NCBI GenBank assembly: GCA_017654855.1
Contig: CM030333.1
Span: 4,836,001-4,900,000, forward strand
DNA length: 64,000 nucleotides
Reading direction: 5' to 3'
DNA from: Podospora anserina
Lineage: Eukaryota
Shown here: one piece after another, positions 1 through 12,743 of the stretch
Layout of the letters: every line of letters starts with the position of its first letter
How positions within the stretch are numbered: position 1 is the first letter of the stretch
Notes under the pieces: generated by a model
What the model saw: the letters and a program-made list of their open reading frames with translations, nothing else
The model's database searches: none
What the model was told of the DNA's origin: nothing
Program-made: the position numbers and the translations under genes

Positions 1-2754
1 AAGAAGAAAAGACTAACAACAAAAATGTGGAAAAGTTGCAGAGAGATTTCCAACAAGTGGAAAGGAAGGGCGGGGTGGGAAGAAAAAGGCTGAGCTGTTG
101 CTATAAGAGAGCGAGCCCGCAAGGTGGGATGTGGACCGAAGGAAGGAGATGGAGGGGGCACTGGGGGCTGGGCAGTGCGCATGCCTTGTCAGCGACGGGG
201 GAGAAGCCAGACCTTGGCCCTGCAACACCTGCATGCATTATGGCGCTGTAAGCAACTGTAACTAAAGTGACTTATTACGCAGGGCAAGGAACCCGTGAAA
301 TATTCGCTGGAAACCCAATCGAGGCGCAGTTGTGGGCTCTCTTGCGAGGTATTCCGGCCGTGTACCTGACATTCTCCCCCTCTTTGATCATGTATCACAC
401 GATAGGCTCTCCCAGCTATCTCTTAGATGCCGATGTTGGTCTGCAACCCAGGTCGAGCTTGTTGGCGCTTCCGCCATGTTGGTCAGGGGCCACGGCCTAT
501 GCGAACAGACTATACTATGATCCTCTTCTCCTAAAAGAAGGCAAAAGAAAGCGGCGTTGCGAAACAACGGAAACAAAACTTTGCGCCATGCGCCGTTAAG
601 AGAGCAGAGCGGGGTCCTGAAGAAGACGGTCACAAAATGTGGCCTCGTTGAGTGAGATATGACTGCCTAGTGTGGAAAGAGACTGTGTTCTCAATGGCCT
701 GCGCCGCTCTCATGTCCAGTTGGACCAGTCCAGCCTCTCTTCTTTTTCTCGGAAGAAAAATCCAACCGCACCTCCATCATCAAAGCCGGCAGCAAGAGGT
801 TCTCACACAGTGGGATATCTAATGTGATCCAATATCGAAGCTACTGCGAGAGCAATGACCAAGTTCCAGCCTATGAAACCACCATGCAGCCACACCTTCT
901 CTGCATTTCTAGCAGCAGTGCTACCCGCCTGGTCACACTGCCTGGGAATCCAGACGAATTACCTCATGAACCCAGTCTGATCAAGATTCAACATGATCGA
1001 GAGAGGTGCGAGAGTCCATCATCCTGGAACCTTCATCGCATCGTGTGTGCCGGCTTGGAAGCTTCTGGGTCCACGCGCGTTCCTCGTTTTGACCGGGTGG
1101 CCCCTCATGAGTTCACTCGAACTGCGACCATGGGACGGCAAAACGAACGGCAGCTCAGGATGAGCCCAGCCCTGTGACTCGGTCATGATATGGGAAAAGG
1201 TGGTTCAGGCGGTGAAGGGGGGTGAGGTGACTGTTATATTGCCGTCGGGAGGTTCATCGCAACAAGAGCAGCTGATGGGATGTTCCGTCAGTTACCCCTC
1301 CCCCGCGCTGCAGTTGACTTCTCGTCCAGGGGCTTTACATATCTACATCTACTGAACTTGCAGTCAAACAATGCATTCCATCTTCTGCAGGATGAAAAGA
1401 TTGATCCCCACAAGAGTGTATCTCCAAAATACCTGCGTGAATACTGCAGTGACTGCCTCTTTGCCTGACAATGTGTCGAGGCCCAAAAGAAAATCACAGC
1501 AAGTGAGAACCGCGCGGGTCAGACATATTTCGTCATCTGCCCCACTGCCTGTGAAGCCAAGGCTACAATGCCAAGATGTCTTTTTTAGCGTCCTTTTGGG
1601 TCTCACTCACTAACATATCGCTTTCACGAAAAACAGGCTGTGAGTTGAAATCTCTACTTTTGTGATGCCGTGGCAATAAAATCCACGAAACGAAACACAA
1701 CTGCTCCATGAAAAGAGGCCGCTCTACTCCGGCCGATTTGACCATCGGGCCTCTCGGTCTCAGATCCTCAGCTCCGAATGACCGTCTTCTTCAACCCCGG
1801 AGCGGCTCGGGTGGCTGAGTGAGTACTAGGCTGAGGCTGAGCTTGCTTCTCGATACATGACCGTTAGGGGCCATGACAAGGTATTAAAACGGCTCGTGAT
1901 TGGGTGTCTTGTAAGTTATGGCTAATCTATGTATGGACCAGTCTTCTATCGTTACATGACCATACTTGTACCAACTGTAAGTGAGCCGGTATCCTAAGCA
2001 GAGCCTCATGTACTGTGGGACTGTGGGCGGAGAAGGATGACACCAAGGTGACCGTCGTTCTTTTGATATCAAGTGGCCTGAAGCGTATACTATAGACAAG
2101 AGTGGAAGCGGCAGTTGATGGGACCTTGACATGCCGTGCTATGGGGTACTGCGATCTAGACATGGAGAGCTGACGAGTGATGGCTATTCGACATAGGTGG
2201 ACTAGAATAGGAGTGCGATGGTGAAGGGCTTGATGGGTTCGTACTCGTCGTGTTGATGTTGTATTCCGAAGGCGAAGCTCTCGTCGTCGATAGATTGGCT
2301 CATAGTTCCGCAAACCTAAGACTGAGGTTAATCGTAATTTGTACCCTTGATCTCACATTCATGGGAAGCTCGAAAAGTCACTGCCAAGCACGCACAAAGC
2401 TTAATCATCAGACTTGTCATATTCCCATTTGATGTGGCGAGGGTAGTCCTTCAACTAACCGCCCAAGCCGCAACCAAGCTTGCCGTGGAATCAGGGCTCT
2501 TGTGGAGGTACCATCGGTGTCGAGCCCGCAGTCCATGAAACTGCCAGAGGCCGCAAGACCGAGCCCATCCCACTTTTGCTTAAACACATCTCAATTTCCC
2601 GTGTAAGCTACGCCGATGAACCAGAACCCTTGATATCAATGCACCCATCCCAATGGTCGTGAATGCGATACGCCGTCGCAAAAGATCCAGGCAAGCTTTG
2701 GAAGTACAAAGGGAACCCGAGGAGTCAAAAACACGCCTTGCCGATATTAACCGT

Positions 2755-3331
2755 TTAGTCGAAGAGACCGAAGCCCATGTCATCGTCGGACTCCTCCTTC
2801 TCTGTAGCAAGTTGTTAGCACCATATTCAAGAGCATATCGGGCCGGAAGCCCAGGGTGGGAGTACTGACCCTCCTCCTTGGCCTCCTCGGGAGCGGCCTC
2901 AGCAGCACCGCCAGCGGCAGCAGCAGCGCCACCAGCAGCGGCAGGGGCGGCACCACCACCGGAGCCGACGTTGGAAAGAAGGTCCTTCACATCCTTGCCC
3001 TCGAGAGCCTGTAGCACAGCAAAACAACCCAAGTCAGTCATCTAATCGTCTCGTGGCCGGATGCCCGCGTTCGGAATGCGTAGTTCTCGGTGTTTCGTAC
3101 CTTGGCGAAAAGGGAAGCCCAGATAGGCTCGACATCCTCAATGCCGGCGGCCTTGATGATGGTCTGGATCTTGTCGGCCTATTTCGCAAGTCAGTCGCTC
3201 GTTCCGCCCAAATCGCCCCGTAAATCGCAGAATTGCGCGGGGCACCAGAAGATTCTCCTTACAGTGATCTCAACACCGTCATCGGCGAGGATCAGGGCCG
3301 CATAGGACGTCGCAAGCTCAGCGGTAGACAT
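2755..3331 (-). CDS. RPP1: 60S acidic ribosomal protein P1 (4 exons: 3331-3263, 3178-3101, 3008-2870, 2801-2755)
   Basis: Spliced translation [74 protein letters not shown]...[16 protein letters not shown]. It has the canonical P-protein C-terminus and three GT-AG introns. Confidence 0.97.
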
Positions 3332-4170
3332 TTTGAATGTGGTTTGTCGAGACGGCAAGGTGCTGATGCTCGAAGGACTTTTTGTCGTGGGATGTCGAGA
3401 TACCGAAGCTTGAAATTCGCGAAGAGGAGAAATTAAGAGTTGTGCGCATGACAGAAAGAGAATAGCGTGGCCCTACAGCTGGCAGGTGTGAAATGGTCAT
3501 TGCGCAGCTGACCGCCGCCTGTCGGTCTAGGAGAGCAAAAGTGGATATTCGTCAAGGTGCCCGGCTGGCAACGGCTGGAAGAAGTCGCTGTCCGGGCTCT
3601 CTCTGATTGGCTTGGGCAGCCGCTGAGCCATCCGCTGTGGCCTGCCAGGAACCCCAGTCGGGCCTTTGATCGATCTCCTTGCTAAGACCGGCCCCGCCAT
3701 TGAAGCTCCCCTCTGTTCCCCCACCACAACTGACGTCGCGGACAGGGCCTGCACGTCGTCCAGAGGCCGAATTCCAATCTAGACCTTTCCTCTTGCAAGC
3801 AAATAAACACCACATGGGCGCAGTTGCATCGAATTCACCCATTCTCGTATGACCGAATACGATAATTGACTCTCTCTGATATCCTTGTTCACCTCGTAGC
3901 CGAAAGAAGTGCTGCCAGTCGTGCGGCGCAAAGAAGTGGCCGGTTGGTCAAGAGCAAGGTTGGCCAGGGCAGGAGATCAAGCTCCTCCAGATCCCGGTGG
4001 GTTTTCCAGCGAGAGCTGTTTCCTCGCGAGCTTTTGCCACTGACCATCCGTTGCCCACTGTCAGCTGGGAATACATATAAGCCATCATCGGCCCTTCTCC
4101 TCTTTTGTTTGTACCGGCCAGTCCACCTAGTCTTCATCAACACCTTTTCTCAGTTCACCTTGCACCCAAG

Positions 4171-5669
4171 ATGGAGACCCCAGCGATTCCCATGCCCAAC
4201 GATGCGCGGGAGCAGGAGATTCTGCAGAAGCTCACGGCTATCCGGGATCAACTGCTGCTCCTAAAGATGGACCGAACAAAGTACATTCGGAGCCAAGATG
4301 TCATGGTGCAATACCAGGAACTGGTGGAACAAGTCAAGCTGCTGAACGAGGTCCGAAAAGGGGCACATCTAGGGGAGAACAGACGTATGCGAACCACAGC
4401 ATCAGCGGCCACGGACTGCTTTGTACTAACATCTGCGCGTAGTCGACAAGGTGCTCGAGAGCTGTTTCCAACTCATCTCCCTTTTCTTTATGACGATTGG
4501 GCGAACGACCGACGTTCCCGCCGCCTATGCCCTGACCTCGACTGTGAAGCGACTCCTCGATCATCTCACAGAAGCCGGTCTCTTCTCGCCAAAAGATCTC
4601 GACAGCCTTTCGGATACACTGGGAAGGTTGGATGGGATCTTGAAGAACGCGAACGCACAACATTCACCATACCTGGTCGAACTCCTTTCCAAACGCGAAG
4701 AGCTATGCAAGACGATGCTTGCAAAGTTGCGGGAAAAGCTGGACGAGCTGGATAAACCTTTGCAGGCCATCTATGAGAGGTTAATATCTATCATGAGATC
4801 AATGTCGCTTGCCAACACCAAGACAAAGTTCGCCACATCCGAAGTCCAGAAGCTGCAAGCAAAGCTCAAGGAGATTGAAGAGTCCAGAGTGGATGGCAAG
4901 TTTGTTGATGAAGAAGGGAACGAAATCCGTGGCAGCGACCTAGTCTCAGCACTTCTGGCGAGGTGTTTGAGGTGGTCAGATATCGTGTTGGAGAGGTACG
5001 TCATGCGCCCTTCAATAATGAGACGCCCGAACTAACGCAGACGATCACAGAAAGGGGCAAATACCTGAAGCTTTCAGAACAAAATACGAGATTCTCACCG
5101 GTGTGCGCAACGATCTTGAAAAGCTTTCCATCACGCAAGCCTGGTCCCTCCGAGAAACCGATTTGTACGATTTCCAACGAGAGCTCGACAAGATTGACGA
5201 GAGTAGGGTGGACGGGAACTGGGTCGACGACGAGGGCAACCCTGCCGAACTGTACGTTCAACGAACGCTGCTTTACCTCATCAGACGCAGCTACGGCTAC
5301 ATTTATTACCTGATGAACTCGTCTGAGCCAGTGTCAGAGGCGTTGTTACCGGTGTACAACCAGTTGCAGACGTTGAAGAGGTGTCTGGTGGAGGTCAAAA
5401 ACTCGGGAGGCGTGAGCTCGGTTAGGGAGTTATATCCTTATAGCATGAAGGTGTGTTGCCCTGTGTTATAATGTCCCAACTTCCTAATTACTGACAATCG
5501 ATAGCTTAATTCAATCGACAACATGCGCGTCGATGGCAAGTTCATGGTTGGCAACGATATTCCAGAGGGACAGGGAAGTGTCAGTGAGCTGCTGGCTGAG
5601 TGCTTTGACCTCAGCTACGAGCTCAGGGTGGCCGCGGAAGAACTGGAAGATGGCAGTGCTGATAGCTAG
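4171..5669 (+). CDS. DUF2408/UPF0662 family protein (yeast YPL260W-like), 4 exons
   Basis: ORF pieces METPAIPMPND...LLLLKMDRTKYIRSQDV, FQLISLFFMTIG, AWSLRETDLYDFQ, SSEPVSEALLPVYNQLQTLKRCL and RELYPYSMK|LNSIDNMRVDGKF join through GT-AG introns that carry branch sites. The RVDG(K/N)(F/W) motif recurs three times. Family assigned from recalled motifs. Confidence 0.85.
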
Positions 5670-6095
5670 CTGGCCATGTTCGTTTCGGTTGTATGATATT
5701 TCGGGTTTTTGGACGCATGGTTTTGCGCCAAGATATGTTGCTGATGGCGTTATGAACGGGTTGATGACAATAATTGGGTGCAATCGTACCCGAAGCTGAT
5801 TTTAGAGCACTGGTATTATGGCGTGCCATAATGGATTTTGAGGTTTGACAGGAACAGCCGCCATAGTTTTTACTTTGGGTCATTTGAAGAGTTTCCTAGC
5901 GAGCTCGGGATTGCAGTTAGACCATTGGTTCCGACATGAATTAATCATATTTGGTCTATCGTGGTCTCAGGGGCCTATTGTACTGAGTGTGTGTGATTTT
6001 AGACGAAGAATTAAAATTCCGGCGCAACACATTCATGGACATCGTCAAATGCACACTCTCTTCTCTCTCTTCTCCCCACCACATACACCAACTTC

Positions 6096-6748
6096 CTACT
6101 GCTTGGTATTAGGGTCAGGGAACTTTTCGTCCTGTCCAGGGACTGGGAACCGGAAGGCGCAGAGGAAGGGCCACATTTGGGCCTTTTCCCATGCTGTTAG
6201 CACGATCATGGTAAGGGCTGAGAGAGAAGGAAACTTACATTCTCCACATCCCAGACTCCCTCCTTGGCGTAGATGTCATTTCTCAACACCTCCTTGATCT
6301 CCTCCCGGGAGGCGGCGCTGATGACGATGGTGCTGCCTGCGAAAGAGAACTTGGTCGGGTCGGAACCCTGGGGGGGCTTGTTGAGGACGGCACCGCCCAT
6401 TTTGTAGAGGCCGGAATCGACAGCTGGTTTGAGGCCGCCGAAGTGTTGACTTTATTTCATTAGTATCCGGTAACTTGGTGAGAGGAGGGGGAGGGAGGAA
6501 ACATACGGCCGGACCTCGAGACGCTTCTCATGAGCACCGGGGAAGTCGGGGATGACGACGAGCCATTCTACCTTTTTGGGGGCTTCGGTGGAGGACATTG
6601 TTCTGATGGGTTGCTGTTGAAATCTAATAGGTGATATAATAGAAGAAAAGGAACCAAAACTAGGTTTGCTGGTTGGGGGCTTGGAAGAAAGAAAAGCAAG
6701 TCTGTTAAAGGTTGAAGCTGCAAATGAACGCAGGTGAGGTGATGCCAT
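6096..6748 (-). CDS. YCII-related domain protein, 3 exons, with a putative mitochondrial presequence
   Basis: EWLVVIPDFPGAHEKRLEVRP|QHFGGL...MGGAVL...FAGSTIVISAASREEIKEVLRNDIYAKEGVWD|AQMWPF matches the YCII pattern (RxxxRxxH ... D.Y...GVW). A second in-frame ATG lies at 6598. Confidence 0.88.
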
Positions 6749-7337
6749 AAGGTGGAGTCGTATTTGACTTGATAGATACACCGATTGCGGCCGGCGGAGG
6801 AATATGCAAGTTGTACCGAACTGCGGAAAGTGATACCTCTCAAGAAGGAAGTGGTGCCTCTTCCGAACGAATGCCGACGATCGCCGCAAGGGGTTGAATT
6901 GGCAGTGCGGGGCCGCCGCGGGGAAGTTGTGTGGTTGTCAACTACGGGTACAGCCTACATGAAGGTTTCTTGGCCGAGAAGGTTTGATTTAGGTTGTTGA
7001 TTCTGGGGATCCTGCTAGCTTGGGACTTGGCACTGAATTAGGCAGGTTTGTTGGATCACTGGATGATGTGTTGAAAATCACTTTCAAGGCGCGCCCTTGA
7101 AATGTTGACTTGGATGGTGACCCCACCTATTCAGTACACATATGGGGGTGTTCAGGGGTAATGAACCTAACCTACCTTGTGAAAGAACGCAAACATACAT
7201 CAAATGAGGAGGGGGACTTATTTTGAGTATCCAGTTAAGAACATAAACCATCGGCTTTCGAGACACAGTGTTGCCCCTCCATTATCGCTTCCTATCTAGA
7301 CGCTGGCAGCATACCTCATAAGATTTATGACAAAAGC

Positions 7338-8423
7338 CTAGTTGGCAATGATGGCAGCACTGGGCACAAAACCGGCCTCCTTCAATGTCAACCCAAAGTC
7401 CACGCCAGCCTCGAATGTCTTCCGTGGGAAGTTGATCTGGAAGCTCTGCACAGGAACACCAGTCTCCTCTTCCACAGCGTGAGCCACCTCGAACAAAGTC
7501 GTTTCGCTTGGGTAAATCTTCATCAAGTTGCCCTTCTGCTTGGTCTGAATCCTGAGACGAGCAGTGGCGGCGGACGAGCCTGAAGCAGAACTACCTCCCA
7601 GAGCAGACAATGGGGCGGCGGGAGCCACAACCGGGGCTTGTGGTGCTCTACCCTCGCGGAGAGCCTTGGCCTCCTCCTCCTTGCGCTTTCTCTCTGCCTT
7701 GTCGGCCTCGATCTTTGCCTTGATGCGCTTCTTGGCTTCGGCATCGGCAATCTTCTCTTGCTTCTTCCTCTCGGCCTCCTTGATTCTCTCCTTGCGCTGA
7801 AGCTCCTCCTTGAGCTCTTGGGAGTCCTTGGTGGCCTTCATACGAATCTGCTCATTGCGCTTGGCGGTTTCCTTCTCGGCCTCAGACTGGACGGCTCTCT
7901 TCGCAGCGAGCTTCTGTCGAAGCTCTTCTAGTCTAGCTTTCTTTTCCTCTTCTGTCAACGGGGCAATCTCGTCAGTGGACTCGGAGAAGTCTTGGTGGTC
8001 TCTTGGGTGATGTTAGCCATGTGAACTAAATGAGAAGCTGGTAAGATTGGATACGAACGTCTTGGTAGCGTGAAAGGTGGCTTGGTCGTGGTTGCGGAAC
8101 TTCTTGCCACATTCGTTGCAAACCAAGGACTTTGCGGTCTCACCAGAAGGGATGTTGGCACCAGTCGTATCTTCATCTTCGTCCTCAGCTGAGGCCTGGT
8201 TTTGAGCCTGGAGCTCTTCCAAGGACTTATCCTGGTTTGCCTCTAGCCAATCAAGGGCTTGTTGCACTGCGTTGAGTGTTAGAACCGGGGCTGAAAATGA
8301 GTGGCATGACAAGATGTGTCCGTGACGGTGATGCTTACAGTTTCCAGTCTTCTTGGCGGCGATTTCCGCACGAGCCTGCTCAAAGCCCATGGAGAGCAGC
8401 ACATCAAGATCGGCAGTCGTCAT
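7338..8423 (-). CDS. UBA / C2H2 zinc finger / coiled-coil / UBX domain protein (UBXN1-like Cdc48 cofactor), 3 exons
   Basis: N-terminal LLSMGF...ALDWL (UBA), CNECGKKFRNHDQATFHATKTDH (C2H2), a charged coiled coil, and C-terminal RLRIQ...FPRKTF...TLKEAGFVPSA (UBX with the FPR loop). Confidence 0.9.
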
Positions 8424-9522
8424 CTCGAATGAGAGTGTTGCTTCTGTTTTAATTGATGATTGGCAATGGTGGTGGTGAAAGTGAAAGTAGATGCCAAGAT
8501 CAAGGGCAGGTGGTGGTGTTGAGGAGTTGTTGGTTGTCGAGTGGGGGAATACCCAACACGAAATCAAGCTAAATTTTATAAGACGAAAAGGCTGAACAAC
8601 GTTCAACTGTTCAAAACCTGTGCGCCACAATGGAACCGGTGTTAGCTTTTACGCAGGGACCTGGCTTTGAACTGCTCAAAAGCAAGCTGATATTCAAACG
8701 ATTCGGTTGTTAGCAGTCAGCCTCAACCTTGAGCTTAGGATGATAGCCTGGGCTGTAGGTTGAAAGGGTGCACGTCATCACAGAAGGCCAACCAGTAGAA
8801 ACAGTGGGGGCGCGGCATGTGATAGCACCCATTGTTTTATACATTCCAGATCGCCGGCAACTCTCTCTTCTCGAAATAGGTTGGATATCACAGATACTGC
8901 TGGCAAAGCCATATGTACTCGTTAACTTGTACTTTTACTCTACTGCATGTCGACTTGATGTCCTGAACTCTGGCAGTGGCTGAATTAGTAATTTTGGCCC
9001 CAGTGTTCTCAGGTAGCAACCCAATTGGAGCCCAAGAACAGCTGTCTTGGTGGCAGCCCAGCCCAAACCCTCCACCTGGGAAAGTCACTGACACGCTGGA
9101 CCATCAGCACGGGCCCACGAACCCGGATCGCCCTAGGCTCGAATCAGAAGGGGTCGAAACCTGGCCAAGAAGCAACTTTGCCGTCACTGTGCTGTGCTGC
9201 GCTCTGCTCGGAATGTCGTAAGACACCTCATATCTCAAGCTCTAACCAACAGGCCTTCTCATCGCAACAACTCTCCGCCGCTCTCCCATCTCTTCCACCG
9301 TCCGCCTTCTCTGGTAGATTCTTCGCGCCGAATCCTGACGAAAACCTTGTCGTCGCACGATATCACCACACCGAGCGTCCCCTTTGGTGCACGAACATTG
9401 AAAACCCCCCAAATTCGCTGCGCGATTCCGTCACCTGGGCTCCACCAAAACGGTCGCAGCAAACATCCACAAACATCTAAACGTTCTTTTGAGCACGCCC
9501 GAGACCTTGCTATACCGTCATC

Positions 9523-10817
9523 ATGTCCGTCGAGATTGAACCCTTTGAGCTCGGCTTCCGCAGTACGTTGTGTCCTCCAGATCGCCAACATCCACAGAGA
9601 CATTCGAAGGACCATATCTGACCGAGCTAGGGCCATTTACTATCGAGGTCGCGCAGATCCTCAAGATCAAGAACACCAACAAAGAGCCAATTGCTTTCAA
9701 GGTATATCAAGATGTCTTTCAAGTTGTGTCTCACTTTTCAAGTGGCTAACCGGATCCTCCTGTTTGTAGGTTAAAACGACAGCCCCTAAGCAGTACGTCT
9801 CGAGACTTCGCGATTCTCCACAATAATTACATTGGCCTACGAGAGTGGTGTTGCTAACTGCCACAGGTACTGTGTTCGACCAAACTCTGGTCGTGTTGAG
9901 CCCGGCCATGAAGTCGAAGTTTCAGGTAGGCACATCGTGGACATGTTTGGAAAGTTGGGGCGGGTGGCTGACATACACGTAGTCCTCCTGCAGGCCATGA
10001 AGCAGGAGCCTCCTGCCGACGCCAAGTGCCGTGACAAGTTCCTCGTCCAGTCCGTTACCATCACCGGCGACAAGGACTTCACCAACGTTCAGCAGATTGT
10101 GGGTCACTCTTCACAGCCGGCGGTGAAAAAAACAATACCATACTGACCAGTTATTCTTGTAGTGGGACGGTGTGCCAAAGTCGGCAATCCAAGAGAGAAA
10201 GATCCGAGTCTCTTGGCTCGCCGCCAACGACGACGGAAACGCGGAACCTGCGGTGTCGACTCCTCCCCGTCGCTCACTTGCTAATGTATGTTATCCCACT
10301 TGGTTTCTCCGTGGCGGGGGAGGGGGTGAATGGGTGCAAAAATTCGCATCCCATCCCCGCGATCCCCTCGTCACATGGGCGACTAGCGCTAACCACAACT
10401 GTATAGGGCCATGAGGATACCCCCAATGCCGCCCCTCCAGCCTACTCTTCCCCACACGATGAATCCACCATTCTCGATAACACCTCTCCAGGCCAACCCG
10501 AGCAGGAGTCCAGGGAGGAGACTGGGTCAACTGTCGCCGAATCCGCCGTGGCCGCCGTCAAGACCACAGCCGTCGAGACCTACGAAGAGATCAAGGCGAA
10601 GCTCGCTCAGGCGGAGGCTACGATTGCCCAGCTAAAGAACGACGCAGCAAGTGGACTCAGACAAAGGAAGGCAGCCGTAACCTCCGAGGCAGACAACAGC
10701 AAGCCTTCCCAGCCCGAGCTCGCCCAGGCGACGAGACAAGGCACCGAGGGTGTGTCCGTTAAGGTCGTGGCCATCCTGTGCTTTGTTAGTTTCATGTTGG
10801 CGTACTTCTTCTTTTAG
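9523..10817 (+). CDS. SCS2: VAP/Scs2 ER membrane protein (MSP domain, coiled coil, C-terminal TM), 7 exons
   Basis: Spliced AFK|VKTTAPKQ/R-YCVRPNSG VAP signature, KCRDKFLVQS, and the tail anchor VVAILCFVSFMLAYFFF. It includes a 23-nt exon at 9770-9792. Confidence 0.95.
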
Positions 10818-11069
10818 AGGGTATACAGCCGGTCTGGAAAGCGTGGGGCAAAAGGTGACGGTGTTGTTGGTTTTCTTGCTACATTGAGGCGCGGCGTCGA
10901 ATCACAAATAATCACCACCTATCTTCACAACCCCCCCCCATACCCATCATTAGTTCCCCCATACCCCATACCCTCACCCCCCCACACGGAGCTCTCCTTT
11001 GTTGTTTTACTGTTTTGTTATTTATGGGTAGACGTATGGTATACGTTGTTATGTCTATGTCTCTCGGTG

Positions 11070-11120
11070 TCTCTCTCTCTCTCTCTCCCTCTCTCTCTCT
11101 CTCCCTCTCTCTCTCTCTCT
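11070..11120. repeat. (TC)n microsatellite, interrupted
   Basis: About 25 TC units with two CC interruptions, downstream of SCS2. Confidence 0.95.
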
Positions 11121-11581
11121 GTGTGTGCCCAGTGTCGTTTGTTTGTCTCTGTGACTGGACGACAAGTTCATGACAAAATACGACTGACTTTCTGATGGTT
11201 GTTTTTTCTTGTAGCGGCATGATGAGAGCGAGGATAGTATTATTGCAATTAGCTAGCAAGGATGTTGTTGCCTGGCAATGTGAAATTAATCGGTTACACC
11301 TGTTTGCTTTGATATTGGTGTGTGTATCATAATGTGTTCGGGGATTACATTCAGGGGCTGGGAAGGGCTTTGTGCGCAGATTGACAGCTATTGTTATTAT
11401 TACCTTTGCTACGCTAGCAGTACGCCAACATGTGTATCGATAGAGGAGTGAATGCAAACGGCTAAGCGTAGGCTTTATACTGTATTTTCTTTTCCTAGCC
11501 ATAGAGCTTGTGCCACAATTACAGAATTGTCAAGGGAGATCAGGGTACGTCTCCCGGAAGCCATCATGCCCACCTGTTACC

Positions 11582-12743
11582 CTAGAACCTCATCACCACC
11601 GCTGGCGGCTTGTTCCCCAAAATCTCATCAATCTCCCCCATCACCTCCTCCGTCAGCAACTTGTACACCCTCAACGCCTCCACATTCTCATACACCTGTT
11701 CCGGCGAACTCGCTCCTGTTATGGCGCTACTAACATGCTTGTTCGCCAGCACCCACGCCAACGCCAGCACGCTCTGCTTCACGCCCAACCGCTCGGCGAT
11801 TGGTTTGAGCTTGGAGACCGTGTCAACCATTTCCTGAAACTCTTCCTTGCCCGTGCGCTTCCAGAAGCCGGAGATGAACTCGAGCTGGGTTTGGGCGAAG
11901 CGGGAGTCGGGCGGGATGCCGGATTTGTATTTTCCTGAGAGGATCCCCTGCCGCAAAGGGGAGAAGACGGTCAGGCCTAGGGATGGGGGAGTGCGGAGGA
12001 GGTGGGCGAGGGTGGATTCGACGCGGAGGCGCTCGAGCATGTTGTACCGGGGCTGTTCTGTTACCTTGTTAGTGAGAGGAGACATAGGGGTAGGGAGAGA
12101 AAAAAAAGGGGGAGGGGGTACCCATTAAAGGACCGATGAGGTTGAGTTTATCTGCGTAGTGGCGTGCTTCGGCTATTTCGTCTGCGTCCCACTCGCTGGT
12201 GCCCCAGTAGAGGGCCTTGCCTATGTCGATTAGGTGGTTGAAGGCTCGGACTGTTTCTTCCATGGGGGTGTTTCTGTCTGGTCTGTGGGCGTAGATCAAG
12301 TCGACGTAGTCGAGTTGGAGGCGTTCGAGGGATTGGTTCATGCCTTCGATGATGTGCTTTCGGGAGAGCCCAATGTTGTTTACTAGTCTGGTGCTGAAGG
12401 CTGAGCCCCAATAGATCTTTCTCTCCGTTAGTGGGGTTCAGGCATGGGGGTTGGTGTTAAAGGAGTGTACCTTGGTAGAGATGACGAGATCGTTTCTTTG
12501 CCAGCCAAACTTCTTGATGGCCTCGCCCATGACCTTTTCGGACTCACCCTTCGCGTACACCTCGGCACAGTCAAAGAAGTTGACACCGACGTCGTAGGCG
12601 GCTTTCATGCAGGCGAAGGTGCCTTCTCTGTCGACATGACCGCCGTATGTCAGCCAGCCGCCGAGGGAGATGGCAGAAACTTGGAGACCGGAGCGGCCCA
12701 AGAAGCGGTATTCCATCTCGGGGAGATCAGTAGGCGGTGACAT
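11582..12743 (-). CDS. Aldo-keto reductase, voltage-gated K+ channel beta-subunit (AKR6)-like, 3 exons
   Basis: [96 protein letters not shown]. Confidence 0.95.

Noticed and set aside
8717..8781. Minus-strand GTGATGA ... CTGA pair resembling a box C/D snoRNA
   Set aside because: No terminal stem, no recognisable rRNA-complementary guide and no host intron donor. An Rfam/snoscan search would be needed to revive it.
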